A stretch of 64,000 nt of DNA from Tubulanus polymorphus (GCF_964204645.1 NC_134027.1:4806485-4870484), one strand, 5' to 3'; positions 11,827-26,738 are shown, numbered from the stretch's first letter. Numbers and translations: made by a program. Notes: generated from the sequence alone by a model not told the origin.

Positions 11827-14398
11827 ATGCATCTACTAAAATATTTAAGTTTCACACGATTACCATCACTAAAATCCACACAGAATGTGCGGTACATCTC
11901 ACTTTTAAAGGATAAAGCTTATGTCAATGGGAAATGGGTGACAGCTTTAGACGGGAACTCATTTACAGGTAGTTTAAAACCCGATCATATCAGACTGTTA
12001 AAAATCCTTATCTTACATTGAATGCAAGACTATCTACTGGTATCACATTTTGTGTTCACATTATCCAGTCACAAATCCTGCCGATGGAAGTAGTGTAGGA
12101 ACTGTCCCTGACATGAGTAAGGAGGATGTAAAATCTGCTATTGATGCTGCAAGTCAAGCATTTCGACGATGGAATAAGACCACAGCCAAGGTAACAAACA
12201 GATTTGACTCACTTTTTTCCTCGTTCATTTAGAATGCTTATCTATCAGGTTTACTTATCAATTTTCAGGAGCGTGGCGTGATCCTGAGGAAATGGCACGA
12301 TGGTTTGATGGCAAATCAAGAGGATTTAGCAAAGCTTCTGACCACAGAAATGGTAGAGCTAATATATAATCTATATATTCAGACTAAGCCTGGGAGTTAA
12401 TTAAGTCTGTACAGTTATTAATTATCATTTTTCAGGGAAAACCTTTAGCTGAATCACTGGGTGAAATAAATTATGGAGCAAGTTTCTTACAGTGGTTTGC
12501 TGAAGAAGGAAGACGATGTTATGGACAAGTGATTCCAACCCCTTTAAATGGTAGACGTGTTCTGACAATCAAACAGGCTGTTGGTGTAGCCACATTTATA
12601 ACTCCTGTAAGTGTTTGTTCAGTGAAATAAAAAGATTGTTTGTTGTTTTTGTTCTTACCGGGGGTCAGTTGCTCAAAAGTTGGTTAAAGATAACCAATGG
12701 ATAAATACCATAGTAACAATGAAGTTTTAATTGTCACTATGTCAACTATACACTGGTTAACTCTAACCAACCTTTGAGCAACTGGCCCAAGGGGTTGGTT
12801 AGAGTTCTGATGTTTAAATACTTTTATGTAGTGGAATTTTCCGAATGCAATGATAACGCGTAAGGCTGGAGCAGCATTAGCTGCAGGATGTACTGTCGTT
12901 ATCAAACCAGCTGAAGAGACACCTTACTCTGCTTTAGCATTATGCGAGGTAACACACAATCTATGAACCCGGTAATCATTTTTGGAATTTCTTCTAGGCC
13001 TACAGGTAAGTCGTATTTTACTAAGATGTATGATGTATATTTTAGTTGGCAGAACAAGCAGGCATTCCTCCAGGAGTCTTCAATGTAGTGACTTGTTCTA
13101 GAGAGAATGTTGATCAAGTTGGCAAAGAGCTTACTATGTCTTCTGATGTTGCTGCTTTTTCATTTACTGGCTCAACAGCTGTTGGCAAAGTGAGTAAAAT
13201 AGACCAATTATCAATATGTTATACTGAACTACTTTTATATATTCTTTATGATTTTCAGCAACTTCTCGCCCAATGCGCCAGTACTGTAAAGAAAGTAGGA
13301 ATGGAGCTTGGTGGTAATGCACCATTCATTGTGTTTAATTCAGCAGATATTGATAAAGCAGTGTCTGGACTGATTAACTCTAAATTCAGAGCTAGCGGCC
13401 AGGTATGATAAACATTGATTTTAAAATATCCATCAGTTATAGGCTCCTGCTAGAACATGTTTTAATTCATGAAAATCAAAAAATTGTTGCATAAAACATG
13501 CTTTTTGCAGACCTGTGTGTGCGCTAACCGCATACTAGTTCAAGATAAAATACACGATGAATTTGTTGAAAAAGTAGCAGTTGCTATGACCGAACAGTTA
13601 AGGCTAGGCAATGGTTTAGAAACCAGCGTTTCTCAAGGTCCTCTGATTAACACTGCAGCTGTCGCTAAGGTTAGCTTACATAATATATACAGTTATCTAT
13701 CATATTACCAGAGGCCTAAATGAAAATATTAAGGATTGAAAGATTATGTCTGATACAGGTTGAAAATCAAGTAAAAGATGCAATATCTAAAGGTGCTCAA
13801 TTGGTTCTCGGAGGTAAACGCAGCCGATTAGGTGAATGCTTTTTTGAACCGACTCTTCTGACGAATGTAACTTCTGATATGGAATGTGCTTCAAATGAGA
13901 CTTTCGGACCGATGGCTCCTGTCTTTAAGTAAGTCAATTATCAATCACAATGATATTGTTTTAAGTTATTCACATTGTGCATGTTAAGTTATTCACATTA
14001 CATGCATCAAGTTGCGTAACTTATTGTGAAGTTTTACCGCGTCACTGTCATTGTTTATAGATTCAAGACCGAAGAAGAAGCATTATCTATAGCTAACGAT
14101 TGTCGACATGGCCTAGCAGGTTAGTATAGCATATACAATTAGCTGATGTACCACACTATGACTTTAAAACCGATATTTGATTTTTATAGGATACTTTTTC
14201 TCCAATGACATTAATCAAGTGTGGCGTGTAGCTGAACAACTAGAAGTTGGAATGGTGGGAATAAATGATGGAATTATATCAGGATGTGAGACACCCTTTG
14301 GTGGTTATAAAGAATCCGGGCTTGGACGAGAAGGGAGTCATAATGGTTTGGAAGAGTTTGTGGAGACGAAATATTTGTGTTTTGGTGGTTTAGAGTGA
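11827..14398 (+). CDS. ALDH5A1: Succinate-semialdehyde dehydrogenase, mitochondrial (multi-exon)
   Basis: Basic N-terminal transit-like peptide; [55 protein letters not shown], catalytic [36 protein letters not shown]. Confidence 0.95.
12661..12788. mobile_element. Short MITE in an ALDH5A1 intron
   Basis: Imperfect inverted arms of about 35 bp: GGGTCAGTTGCTCAAAAGTTGGTTAAAGATAACCA and TGGTTAACTCTAACCAACCTTTGAGCAACTGGCCC. Confidence 0.75.
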
Positions 14399-15089
14399 CC
14401 ACTATCACTATTAAACATATTTAATCCCTGCAGTTCTATTGTGATACTGATGGTACGAGTGTGAAAGACACATCTATTTTTTTTTAAAGTGCTATCTTAT
14501 TAGCATTATTATTCTTGGTTTAGCACCTTATTCATCTCTGCAAGTTTCATTGCACTGGGGCTCCTCGCCTCAGCACGTGTAGCTGTACAGCTTTAGAGTC
14601 CACTTGGTGTCCTTCTCCATAATGTCAACCAACTGAGATTTCGTTAATTATAAAAATTTTGTCAAGAAAATAAATCATATATAGTTATAGATAATCTCTG
14701 AGGGCTGCAGCTAATCGAAACTTGTATTGAATTTTTCATAATTTCTCTCCGAGCACCCGCTGCGTTTTGTTAAGTTTCTTGTGGAAGAAACTACATTGTA
14801 TAATTTTATACCTGTAGATCCTAGTCAATTTAAATAAATTAGATTTATACCATATAATTTGATAACTCAAATTCGTTACTTCATGGGACTCTGCATTGAC
14901 AAGAATGACTGGAAGAATTTGTCCATAGGAGGATTCTTGAATACCCGATTGACTTTAAAGGAATCTTGAAAAATGACTGAGGAAACAATATTTTTTTAGG
15001 TGCACAATAATGTGTATTGTAACATATCTCTACAATTGACTCGTATCGAGCCCTTAATAAAACAATGCTAATTCTCACAAAAACCATTC

Positions 15090-17121
15090 TTACTTCCGCC
15101 TTCCTCGACGTTTACGAGATTCATTCGGATTTCTTGACTTTTGTCCTTTGTGATCACGGATACCTAACTGAGCTGCACGACTAGTGACATCATTCAACGA
15201 AAACGGTGATGAATTTGCCACATAATCTGGACTAAACACGTCTAGTTTGTTGTTTTTTGAAAATTTCGTGGTTCGCTGTTGCGCAATTATTTGGTCTTCG
15301 CAAAGTATTGGATTGTTTGCATGTTTTCCACCCTTCGGCATAGGCAATGAATACTAAAACATAAGATATAGATACACCATCAGTAAATGCTATGTTCCGT
15401 CAGTTGATATTCCACATCTACAGATATTGTTCACTGCAAAGTCACGACACACAAGCCATTGAAAAAGATTAAATGCATCATATACTGTACCTTTAGTCCA
15501 CGAGTTGTCATTGGCTTCCTTCGTGAAAGGAAGTACTGTATCGAACCATCTTCATTTACTGTCATTGTTAATTTCTGTAATGTGTGGTTTCCGCAGTGAG
15601 GACAAAACTCCTTTTCAAGATTTTTCGTCAGTCTACACACAAAATATTAATCATTAAGTTTTTTTGTCAAATGAAATTGGGAACACGTTTGTTGCCATTA
15701 TATCTACTGGTACTTTACTTACTTCAAACATGCAGAGCACCTTAGAACAAAGTTTTTCGTTTTCTTGATTAACATACCATCCACAGAAACGACATTAAGT
15801 CCCATTTGTATTAAGACATTCTTGAAACAAAGATCTCACAGTTGTTAATCTGGGTTTTATAGCAACATTAATCTGCATTCAATTCATGAGGGTGTAACTT
15901 ATTCACCTGTATAGCAAAATCAGTTGTTATACAGCCAACTGTAACTTCTGCTTTCTCAGTATTCTGATCCCCCATTGCTTTCCTCGCGGCTTTTAAATTT
16001 GAAGGCGTAATCCATCCACCATCATCACTACTGTCATCATCGCTTTCCCCTTCACTTTCTTCCTCTTCTTCCTGTAGCTCCTCATCATTCACAGTATGTT
16101 CATATTCATTATGGAGTTCATTTCGCTGACTTTCCGGGCTGATGGTATCATTTGATACTATCTCTGAACTAACCGGACTAGATTGTACTAATTCAACTGC
16201 ATTCGATTTTCCATCATCTATTGAATCCTCTGTTACCTGATTTGTCTTCTACAATTGAAAAAAAATTTGTGTTCCAGCAACATATTTTTCCGAGAGTTTA
16301 ATCTGAGAGCGAAAAAATATCTTCTTACTTGTTTGATATAAAATCCAGCAATATCTGTCGGTTTCTCTAAAGATTTTTTACTCGCTGTCCAAACTTCCTG
16401 AAATACGACACATGTTATAAATACTATATATCATTCTAGGACTAGATTTATAGCTTAATTAAGCGGTTTTCTCTTTACAATACCTGTTTCACTGGTTCAG
16501 TCCGTATATGTTCGGTTCCGGCATTTTCTTTCTCCAATAAATAAGCTAACGCGATCACTTTAATGTCGACTGATGATAAACTCCTGTAGTCTCCAGTTTT
16601 CCTCGCGAAGTCTGAAACTAAAAACACCCCAAATTAGACACTGATGGGGTAGAGCTAAAAAGTGGAATATTTTGGGACACATTTTGCGTTTCAGGTACGG
16701 AGTAATCATACATAAGCCTACCTGCTTTTACGCATTCAGCTGAAGGTTCACGGAACTGAAGTTTGTAGGGAAGGACTTGCAATCTTTGTTTTGTGGCTTT
16801 GTCCCTAATTTCGTTGACCACCTCAGGCAAAGTATAGATATTGGCACCAATTTCCTGAAACAATTTGATATAATTAACAAATCAGAAGAACCTACATTAA
16901 ACTGAAATAATGTCACACAGACTAGGCCTAACATTTATTCATATTTCACTTTTTTATCAGCTTAACATAGTATCTGGTTCAGTGAAAAAGGTTACATAAT
17001 CTCAACAGTAGACATTCCATATTCGTATCGTCTTAATTGTCAAATGTTAACTCACGTGAAGTGGCGCGTTTCTAATAAAACCTCCAGAATCTACAACAAC
17101 GTGTTTCACTAAACTCGCCAT
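15090..17121 (-). CDS. NOB1: RNA-binding protein NOB1 (20S pre-rRNA PIN-domain endonuclease), multi-exon
   Basis: PIN start MASLVKHVVVDSGGFI, IYTLPEVVNEIRD, GDYRSLSSVDIKVIAL, acidic loop DDGGWITPSN, CITTDFAIQNVL, zinc ribbon LRCSAC..FCPHCGNHTL, basic C-terminus. Confidence 0.95.
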
Positions 17122-17316
17122 TGCTCCAATGCTTCCGCGTTGTACACTAAATCGCGGATTAGACTGTGGACTTTCATTTTGATCCAAGATGGCGGCGCCC
17201 ATGGTAATTTTGACACTGGTCTTTAAAACTAAAATGAAATTTGTACTTTTTTGTAAGTTATATCCAGTTCTATTTCATTTTTAGTGAATCTTAGATGCAG
17301 TGTGATATTTGAATGG
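17122..17316. promoter_or_regulatory. Bidirectional NOB1/MOV10L1 promoter with a YY1-type motif
   Basis: Start codons are only 195 bp apart, head-to-head. CAAGATGGCGGC at 17185-17196. Confidence 0.7.
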
Positions 17317-20300
17317 ATGATGTTTAGTGCCCTGTCATCAGCTATAGGCTACTTGTTCGGTGGCAGCCAACAAGAATCAGTAGTAGAATCATCATCTGTA
17401 GTAGATTCGGCAGCAGCATCAACAAATTCATCAAGTGAGCCGTCGAAAAAACCAAAAACTGTAAACGTCAGAGGTTCCGTAACCGCGCTTCATAATGGAT
17501 ATGGAATCATAGATAGAACAATATACTTTACATTCAATGACTGCGTCGGAAATGTTCGTCCTAAAATTGGCGATGAAGTCAATGTAACCGCGTATCGTGA
17601 AGGAGATGACGGAGGCTGGAGAGCTAAAACTGTATATCCGTCTAATAATAATCAATGGGACGATCAACAGATGGAGGATATTGATGATAAACAAGAGGAA
17701 GATGAAGAATCGAATGTAACCACCAGTGTTGTTGGAATGGTTACGAGCACCAGTCGCGACGGTGGGATCGTTAATGATTTCATTTCATTCGTGTGTGAAG
17801 ACGTTCGCTCTGGTTATGTACCTTACCGAGGTGACTGGATCATCGGAAACCAGCGTAAAAATGATGATAGTCACGCGACAGAAATTCGACCAGCCCGTGA
17901 AATTCAGTTTACCGGAGAGGTTAATTCCGTGCAGACAGGATTCGGTTATATCGATAAAGAGATTTATTTCCAGTTTTCCGCATGTTTTGATGGATATTCA
18001 CCTCGACGAGGGGATGAAGTTGCTGGAACGGCCATTGAAAGCTCTCAAGGTCGCTGCAACTGGAGAGCGATAAGTGTCCGAGCTAAAACAGTCACGAACA
18101 AGCGGTATTGTCATCATAATTCCATCTCAGAAAAGAAATGGGAGAAAAATCAATTGAATTTTTGACTTGACTTGGGCCTATTTTCTTATGATAATTTCAG
18201 TGGGATACCCCTCACTCTACTGAAGAGCCCAACTGAAAGCAAGTTTCAACAGCAGCTGTTGGCTAACAAGCAAGGGGTGTCTATTACTAATAATGGTGAT
18301 TTTGGCCGATTGTCTGTAGCAACAAAGAAGACGACTACATTTTGGATCAGGTATCTCGATAAGAAATTTCTCCGTGAAAATGAATTACTGTTAGGCCTAT
18401 AACTCGAATATTCAATTGCTATTTTTCATGTAGAAATGATGGAAAGAAGACACAGAAATTTGTAAGAGCGATATTGAAGTCGAGCACGTGTACACAGTTT
18501 ACGATAGCTTCACCAAGAATTTTGCCTCGCACCCATATACCAGTCGAGAGAGAGATAGATTTATTTCCAGGAATGACGATACATATAACGGCGGAATGTA
18601 TTGCCAAGTAAGAGATACTGAATTTGATTGATAAAGCCACAACAAAATCAAGACTAGAACGAAATTCATCCTTAAAAATTAGTATATATTCCAGTACAAT
18701 CGATTTCGCCGAGTCACTTCAGCCTCATCGGGTATGATATGTACAGAAGGGCAGCATCAGAAATAAACAACTATTTAGAATATGAATATAAGAATTATGT
18801 GACAGTACTGCATATTGAGGATGAATTTTGTTTTAGATACAATTTTGTTATCGTTCATTCGACTCTCTACCGAAAGTCAAATTAAATTGCATCAAATATG
18901 GTCAGGTGAAATAGTTAATTATGATTTTTTAACTGATTTTAGGAACTGTGGAGTTGACCGTCAGTTGTTGCTGTTCGAGTTCGCTGATTTTAAAATCGGT
19001 CGCTACCTGAGCGCGTCTGTCTTCGATCCGATACAAACATCTCTAGAATCTAATGAACCGTATCAGCGACGTGTAACGTCTTACAACCGATATAAATCAC
19101 AGAATACCGAAGAATCTTGTATCATCCCTGGACAGCGTCCTCTCAGGTAAATTCCAAACCAACATGGATGAACTTTTGCCTAAATTGAATATGAATTAAT
19201 GATCCTATAAAACATATAGGCCTATCTTGTCACCATATTTTAGATTAAATTGAAGACTGGGACTGGTTTTGCAAATTTAATTTAACATTACATCTAACTG
19301 GTACTTTTATTTGATGTTCTTACAACAGGTTTTCAGGTGTAAAACTGCCTAATAAGCTTCCACAGTATCCAATACCTATTGGGTTAAAAATGTGCTGTCT
19401 TGAACATGAAGATTTATTACCAGTAGCTCCAGAACTTATTCAGGTATTTCGAGCCAAATTTCATCATCAAAACACATACCAGTAAAGATGACTCTTTATG
19501 TATTTCTGCTGACATATAAATTGTTTCCTTTTTAAGCCTCTTTGTATGGAAAACTATGTTAACAAATTCTCAGCGCTGTTACACCTGGAGGAAATACAAA
19601 TGGAAGTCGATATTAGGGAATTCGACTTGGAACGGGTAAAATTCTTGCTATTTAACCATCAAAATGTAACAAAATCCGGATGTTATGTTGACATAAATGT
19701 GTTTATGAATAGGAATGTATGAGGCGATGTGGCGGAGATCTTTTAGGTTTGAAGGTGCCTGGTTTAGCTGAAGGACGTCCATCTGTATTAGTAGGGGACA
19801 GAGTGATAATATCAGAGCCCGGGGATGACGTAAATAGCCCGATGTACGAAGGCTATATTCACGAGGTAGTTTCACACTGAACCGATAAATAAAAATCTTT
19901 AATCGAGATTATGTCAAAATAATACTGAATATTTCAGGTTCTATTTGATGAAGTTTTACTGAAATTCAACCCAAATTTTCACTCGAATTACCAAGGAGAA
20001 GACTATAATGTGATGTTTACTTTCAGCAGGTATAGATTTTAGTTTCATACATTTAAAATTACATAATTATTATTTTCACTTAGTTGTTTTGATGGCTTTG
20101 GTATTTAAGGACTCCAATGAGACGTTGTCACCAAGCTGTTAGGTTTGTGTCTCAACTTGGAATTGATGGTAAGCTAGTGTACATATTTCATAATCTGTCC
20201 CTTATTATTTTAAGCCAATTACTAAGTCTACAAAATTAATAATAAAGAATTATTGTTTTGATTTCAGTTCTTTTTCCAACGAGGCTTGTTCCTAAACTTC

Positions 20301-23300
20301 CTCAGGTAATGGGAAAATCTGAGACTTTCAGTGAAGCTGTTGTTAAACCTTTAGTAGCGCCATCTAGTGGATCCCGGAGAAACTCAACTAGCAGTTGTCG
20401 AAGTACTAGTTCATCTCACCAGTATGTATATTTTTGTCTCCTGTATATATTTGTTTTATTTCACTATATTTATATATGTCAGATGAGAGTTAACTCAGGG
20501 AAATGACTGATTTTCCAGATTTTTCAACTCTAATCTAAATGAAAGACAGAAAAGTGCTGTTATAAGAATTCTTGGAGGTCAGAGTCGACCAACTCCTTAT
20601 ATCTTATTTGGACCGCCTGGTAGGAGCTCTCGTTCACTTAATCAAAGTCATTTCAAGTTGAATTGTTTATAGCTTAGTTGTATTCTGTATCAGGAACGGG
20701 TAAAACAGTGACTCTAGTGGAAGCGATTCTACAGATTTTTTGTCATGTATCAGGAAGTCGTGTCTTAGCTTGTGCTCCTTCAAACAGTGCTGCAGATTTA
20801 CTGGTATGATTTTCACTCCTTATTCGTGATTATGGATAACAGAATCCTCGATATAGATGCAAACATCCTTGTATTCTGGCTAAGATACTTAAGATTCATC
20901 TCTTTTTAGGCTGAACGTTTGATTTTAAGCGGTAAGATTAAGCAAGGAGATTTGATCCGGCTGAATGCATTCAGTCGTGGTGTAGAGGTAAGATAAAAGA
21001 AATCTATTACCCTATATTCAAGATAATTACCTATTTAAAATTGCGTCCTGATTGTGTATATTTATAGAACATCCCTGAGGTTGTGCAGTCATACTCATCA
21101 ACTGGTGATGACCTAGAATTAGCTGCTAGATATCGCATTATTATATGTACCTGCACAACAGCTGGTAGTTTCTTCTCAATTCGAATAAATCCTGGTCATT
21201 TTACTCACGCCATTATTGATGAGGTAATAAAGTATGACATATTATACACATATACTATGGTAATACAAAATGGAAATATGTAACATGCAATGCAAACTTT
21301 TTTAGGCTGGGCAGGCAACAGAGCCGGAATGTGTAACTGTGATGAGTTTAGTTGCTAACGCTGGTGGACAAGTAAGTGATTACTACACTAGCTTCATAAA
21401 TTCTTGGTTCTCGGCATTTTTTATAACTATCTTTATTAAACTCATCATCGTAGACTGTATTAGCAGGCGACCCGATGCAGCTCGGACCTGTTTTACGTAG
21501 TAACGCGGCTAAAGAATATGGCCTACAGCAGTCTTTACTGGAAAGGTTGATAAATACCGATTTATACCAACGCGATGAAAGCAAGTTTGCCGATCATGGA
21601 AGTTATGACCCATTACTGGTTAGTGCAGATCTGAGAAAGATACACCCGCTATTTATGAATCTAAAGAAATTACAACCAATTTCATTCTGAATTTCTTTTT
21701 TCAGGTGACTAAACTTGTTAACAATTATCGATCTCATCCGGCTATTCTGAACGTTTCTTCTGAACTGTTCTACCACAACGAGTTAGTGGTTTGTGCTGAT
21801 AAGAGGATGATCGAATCAATGTGTGACTGGGAAGAACTTCCATGCAAGAATTTCCCAGTTATATTTCACGGCATGAGGGTAAATACTTACATTCGATGAC
21901 TATGCCCTGTGTACGTTTTAGCGTCATTGAAATGTCTGTATTATTGATTCTGGCCTTTTTTTATATAGGGCGAAGACATGCGAGAAGGCAACAGTCCTTC
22001 GTGGTTCAATCCGGTTGAAGCTGTCCAGGTTATGCGATACTTGCAAAGTCTTGTAAGGAATCCTCATTTTGAACTGAGCTACGATGCCATAGGAATTGTC
22101 ACACCTTATCGAAAGCAGGTGCGTTTATATTTCATCTGGGTTCATTTCCTTAATTGTGTGAAAGTTGATTGTAATGTATTTTCTCTGTAATTTTCTCTTT
22201 CTAATTCTGTATTTTCAGGTTGAAAAAATCCGTCTGTTAATTGATCGTCTCGGAATGGATAAGGTGAAGGTCGGATCGGTGGAAGAATTTCAAGGGCAAG
22301 AACGACCAGTCATTATAATCTCAACAGTGCGAGCAAATGAATCAAATGTTAATTTCGATCACAAATACAATCTCGGTTTCCTCAGTAATCCGAAACGCTT
22401 CAATGTGTCCATTAGTAGAGCACAGGCATTACTTGTCATTATAGGCAACCCATATGTGTTAGGACAAGTAAGTTTGATTTCAGATATCAGAACATATTGA
22501 CACTATATTCATATTAATGCGATACTCATTGGAAACAATTCAAGCTTAAATCTTGTATTTTCCTATGGGTTTCAGGATCCTGTGTGGTTTCATCTGCTGC
22601 AGTACTGTGTGAAACATGGCGCATATACAGGTTGCGATCTGCCGCCATTTTCCGGATTATGTGAAGACAAGATTGAGACTAATTGTAATGACAATAGTTC
22701 ACTTCAATCAAGTGACATCGGGACTGTGAAAATACGTGAAAGCGCTGACAATGACACCAATAAGCAGAATGCACAAAATTTGACTGAAAGTTCGGTGGCT
22801 GATGGTAGTTCTATTCTTGAAGGGACAAGAAGAATAGGCGGGTGTAAGGATGTTCTTGACAGTTCAGATAACCAAGAAGTAGAACCCCCTGTCATTATTG
22901 AAGCGTCAATTAATACCACTGATTCAATTGACAATATAATAGCTACAAGTATGGATGATCTTTGTAGCAGCAGCAATACAACAACGACTACATCTGATAG
23001 TGCTCTTACAACCAGTATGGAAGATATACATAGCATTAGCTACAGTTGTACTACAGCAGCTTCTTTGGATAGTTTGGAAGATGATCGAAGTTTCGATGGG
23101 AAATTATGCGTGGTGAGTTTAGAAGCGCTTGCAGATAGTCCTGGAGTGAACAATACAGAAAAAGACATCTCCAATGATCCTCTAAAGAAGGTTGATTATG
23201 CTTTTATCGAGAAGCAGCAACCAAATCGGACACAAAATCCTCAAACTCTTTTTGCAATGCTTGGACTACCAGACATATACCCTAATGACATATCCTTCAA

Positions 23301-23793
23301 GAAGACCAAAAATAATGCATCACCAAGCTTTTCAGATGACAGAATGAATACAAATAACGAATCTCTCAAAAAGGACATAGTGGATGATATCGCCAGTGAA
23401 CAAGCATTGGATGTTGTTGATGGTATTACAGCTCAAATCAACATCAGTGATCAAGATTCCTCCAATTCTCGTGGAGTAAATATGTTGGAAAATATTTCGT
23501 ATAGTAGACCAACTCATGAATTATCAAATAGCCAGAAAACTCAACGGCAAAGTAACGTTCACGGGCGTGGCAAAGATTTTCAGAATTTAGCTTACCGTTC
23601 AATGCCGGGTCATAATACAGAACATCTTCCTGGAAGAAATAATCTGCTGAAATCGCATAACGTTCAACAAATGCCTAGTACATGTACCGTTAAACGAGGG
23701 GATATCATGTGTGAATTTTACGAAGATGACGACATGGAACAAAGAGACAGTGATGTAGTCATAGAAAGTGATACCGAGGAATTTCTTGAGTGA
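17317..23793 (+). CDS. MOV10L1: MOV10L1/Armitage-like UPF1-family (SF1) RNA helicase, multi-exon
   Basis: N-terminal S1/cold-shock-like repeats ([38 protein letters not shown]), [93 protein letters not shown]. The S1-like N-terminus favours MOV10L1 over MOV10. Confidence 0.9.
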
Positions 23794-23966
23794 ATATACA
23801 GTAATGATTTCTTAAAAGAGGTTTTGTTGTATATAAACAGCTAAACAAGGCTAATGACTTTTTCTTTCAAATTGAAATCATTCAAGTAAATTTTTTAATG
23901 AATCGAAATAGTTTTATTTCTTAATATCAAAAATGTACACAGTAATAGACAGGTTTATGTAAGTAG

Positions 23967-26738
23967 TTAAACTTGCTGTAAAGGATCAATTCTGAGAAGC
24001 GATAACGAATTATGAATGACTTGTTGAATAAATTTCATCAGATAAAGTCGTGCGAATATGACTGGCAGTAAATGCGGTCTTGGCTCCTGAAAGATGATGT
24101 GTTCATGTTATTATGCATTTATATAAAGAACGAAGTACCCCGGTTGTGAAACGGGGCCAGTAAATAATGATAACCCCAATATATAATGAATGATTTTAAT
24201 TATTGTCGATTTCGATTTTTCGTTCAATTGAAGCCTTACCACTAGTATGTGAACTCTATTGTAATACGAACTCAATTTCCTGGTGAGATTTTGTAGGAAG
24301 CCACAGATCTATAAGATAAATGAAGCCATTATTAATAAAAGCCCTTGTTTTAGATAATTGTCTCATGAAAATATATTTTTGTTAGCAATAAATTTCATGT
24401 ACCCTATGTGTATGAATTGTTATATTGAGGCAGTTGTCGTCGAATTTTTCAATGCAGCATTTTACAACATCCGGAAATGGTAAAACGTAATTGAACAGTA
24501 AATTCCATTCATCCTGTAATACACGGATAAAAATCATACCAGATAATGTGATTATTTTGAACTGGATTGAATTTTTTAAATATCAGTAAATCATCCGAAA
24601 CATACCTCATCACTCAACGTAGTGAAATCAATTGAATCAATTGATGGCAAAGCAGGATATAGACCTAAAGAAATGATACAATGTCCATAATCAGGGCTGA
24701 ATGCATAGTTTTGTGTATCAGGTGCCGAATCCTTACAGTAGCTGGGTGATGTCTATATATGTAAATTCTTACCTCGTTCAACTTTTTGTTTAAAATGAGT
24801 AAACAGAGTCGCCAGTCGAGCACAGTTATACAGAATAAATGTGCCCTCTCGACACAGTGGAGGACCGCAGGTATCCACACTGGGTGATAGATCCACTTTC
24901 ACATCGTTCTGACACGCAGAAGATAACAATTCAAATTTCACAGCAGCTTCTGTTAATGTATGCAACAAAGGTTTCCAAGCATCGCCTATATTTTAAAATA
25001 CATTTTCTTAATTTTAGAATTCTATCATCCTCCTATTATCAGATTATGTTGATTCATTTTATTTGGAAAAATTGCTATTTCAAACAAGAGAATATTACCA
25101 TTAACTTCTGTACCATATTTTTGTATGGATGCTTCTTTGACTTGGTCAAACCTCAGTCTGAAAAGATAAAAGGTTAATTGTGACTCACTTTATCTAATGT
25201 TTCATTATACAATAATTCATGGACGATTACCTATAATATTCCGAAGCAGAACATCTTGATTTATCCTTTGTAGTGACTCCACCGTGAACTAGATGAAACT
25301 ATCAAAAGAAAAATTTGGAATTTTATGTTGTTTTATAACATAACGAGTGAAAGTGGATATTTTTAAGTCTTTACCTGCGGAGGTGGTTTCGTTAGTATTT
25401 TCCACGCAATGTCAGTTTGTTGTTGTACATAAGAATGATTTGATTGGACCACATGTAGAATACATTGCTACAACATTCAAACATAATCGTACTCCTTAAA
25501 TAAGTTATCTCATTATTCCGTAAAGATTCCAAGGGCAATTCTGTACCTGAGACATGGTAGTAGAATTATTCAGCTCACTGATCTGTTTCAGCAACATACA
25601 TCCATCAGTAACTGTTGTTAGAAAATGAAAGATAAGAGGCTTTTAGAATCATTCCTATGGGCCTATACACGTCAGAAGTTACACTTCCATTTCATTTTTC
25701 ATGCCACTTTTGCCAAATTATTTGAAAGGGTTAGACATAATGTTAATTTAGGCAATTTCATTTAATTCAATTTCGCATCTCCAAGTTATCAGGTATTTAG
25801 TTACAGATTATACTATCTATTCACCTTTACAGTTTCCAAGGTTGATATCATATAGATATTTCCCTTGAGGAAGATTATTCTCTTCAATGTAACGCTTCAA
25901 ATCGATAGTGCAATCAGAATCGCCGCAACCTGTTGTATATATACTCTTTTTTAGTTGATCATAACACTGTTTCTCTGATGAGGAAGTCTTCAGTGTGATA
26001 GGTTGACCAATTTCTCTGATTCCAACATTCGTTTTCACCGATTTTCTGAAATAGAAACATCTTTCAGTTTTATCTGGCTAACGGAGATTAAAAATCTTAC
26101 AAATGTCCTTGTATAATTTACCCGGATGCTTCTAACAATGATGATACATGCTCTGCTATCAACTGTGACCGATATTGATCCAAGGTCATTGTTGAATACT
26201 GTGAATTGTATAATTCTGATGCGTTAATGAAAATTTCATTCGAACTGTTGCATTTATTAACTAAGCCATACTCTGCGCCGGCATCTTTGACACATTTTCC
26301 TATCATCTTATATGTTTCGACTCTATTTATCCTGATCTCAATTCTATTTCCCTTGACTAAACAACTTTTCAGTGGTATTGACCATAGCGAGGACGATTTC
26401 TCTAACGCAGAAGCAAGGTTTTCCATGCTCTAAAATAAATGGAGAGTTAAACAAAGCTACTAGATGAAGTAAAAATCAATTCTTTCAAAGGACATTCTTT
26501 TATTCAGAAGGCTTACATTTTTGGGTAAAAATTCACCGATGGCCACACCGGGTCCCGCTTCAACTACATCAACACTAACGCTTGAAGGTGTAGTAGCATT
26601 TTTATACAGAATAGAAAAATCAGATTTATGGAGATTTCTCAGATTTCTTGTCATTTTCAGGACTTTAAAGGAATTGTTTAACGAATTTGATTTACAATAA
26701 CAATCAATAAAGCGCATTATTTGGATAGTAATATCCAT
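23967..26738 (-). CDS. DALRD3: DALR anticodon-binding domain-containing protein 3, multi-exon
   Basis: GTFILYNCARLATLF, EWNLLFNYVLPFP, LSSYYNRVHIL|EPRPHLLPVIFARLYLM. Stop TAA at 23967-23969; start ATG at 26736-26738 is inferred. Confidence 0.88.

Noticed and set aside
14695-14735. Hammerhead motif CTGAGGG...CGAAAC
   Set aside because: The core deviates from CUGANGA and no stem II can form.
22704-23517. Antisense ORFs within the last exon of MOV10L1 (also those within the GPCR and kinase genes)
   Set aside because: Shadow ORFs of real coding exons with no independent signals.
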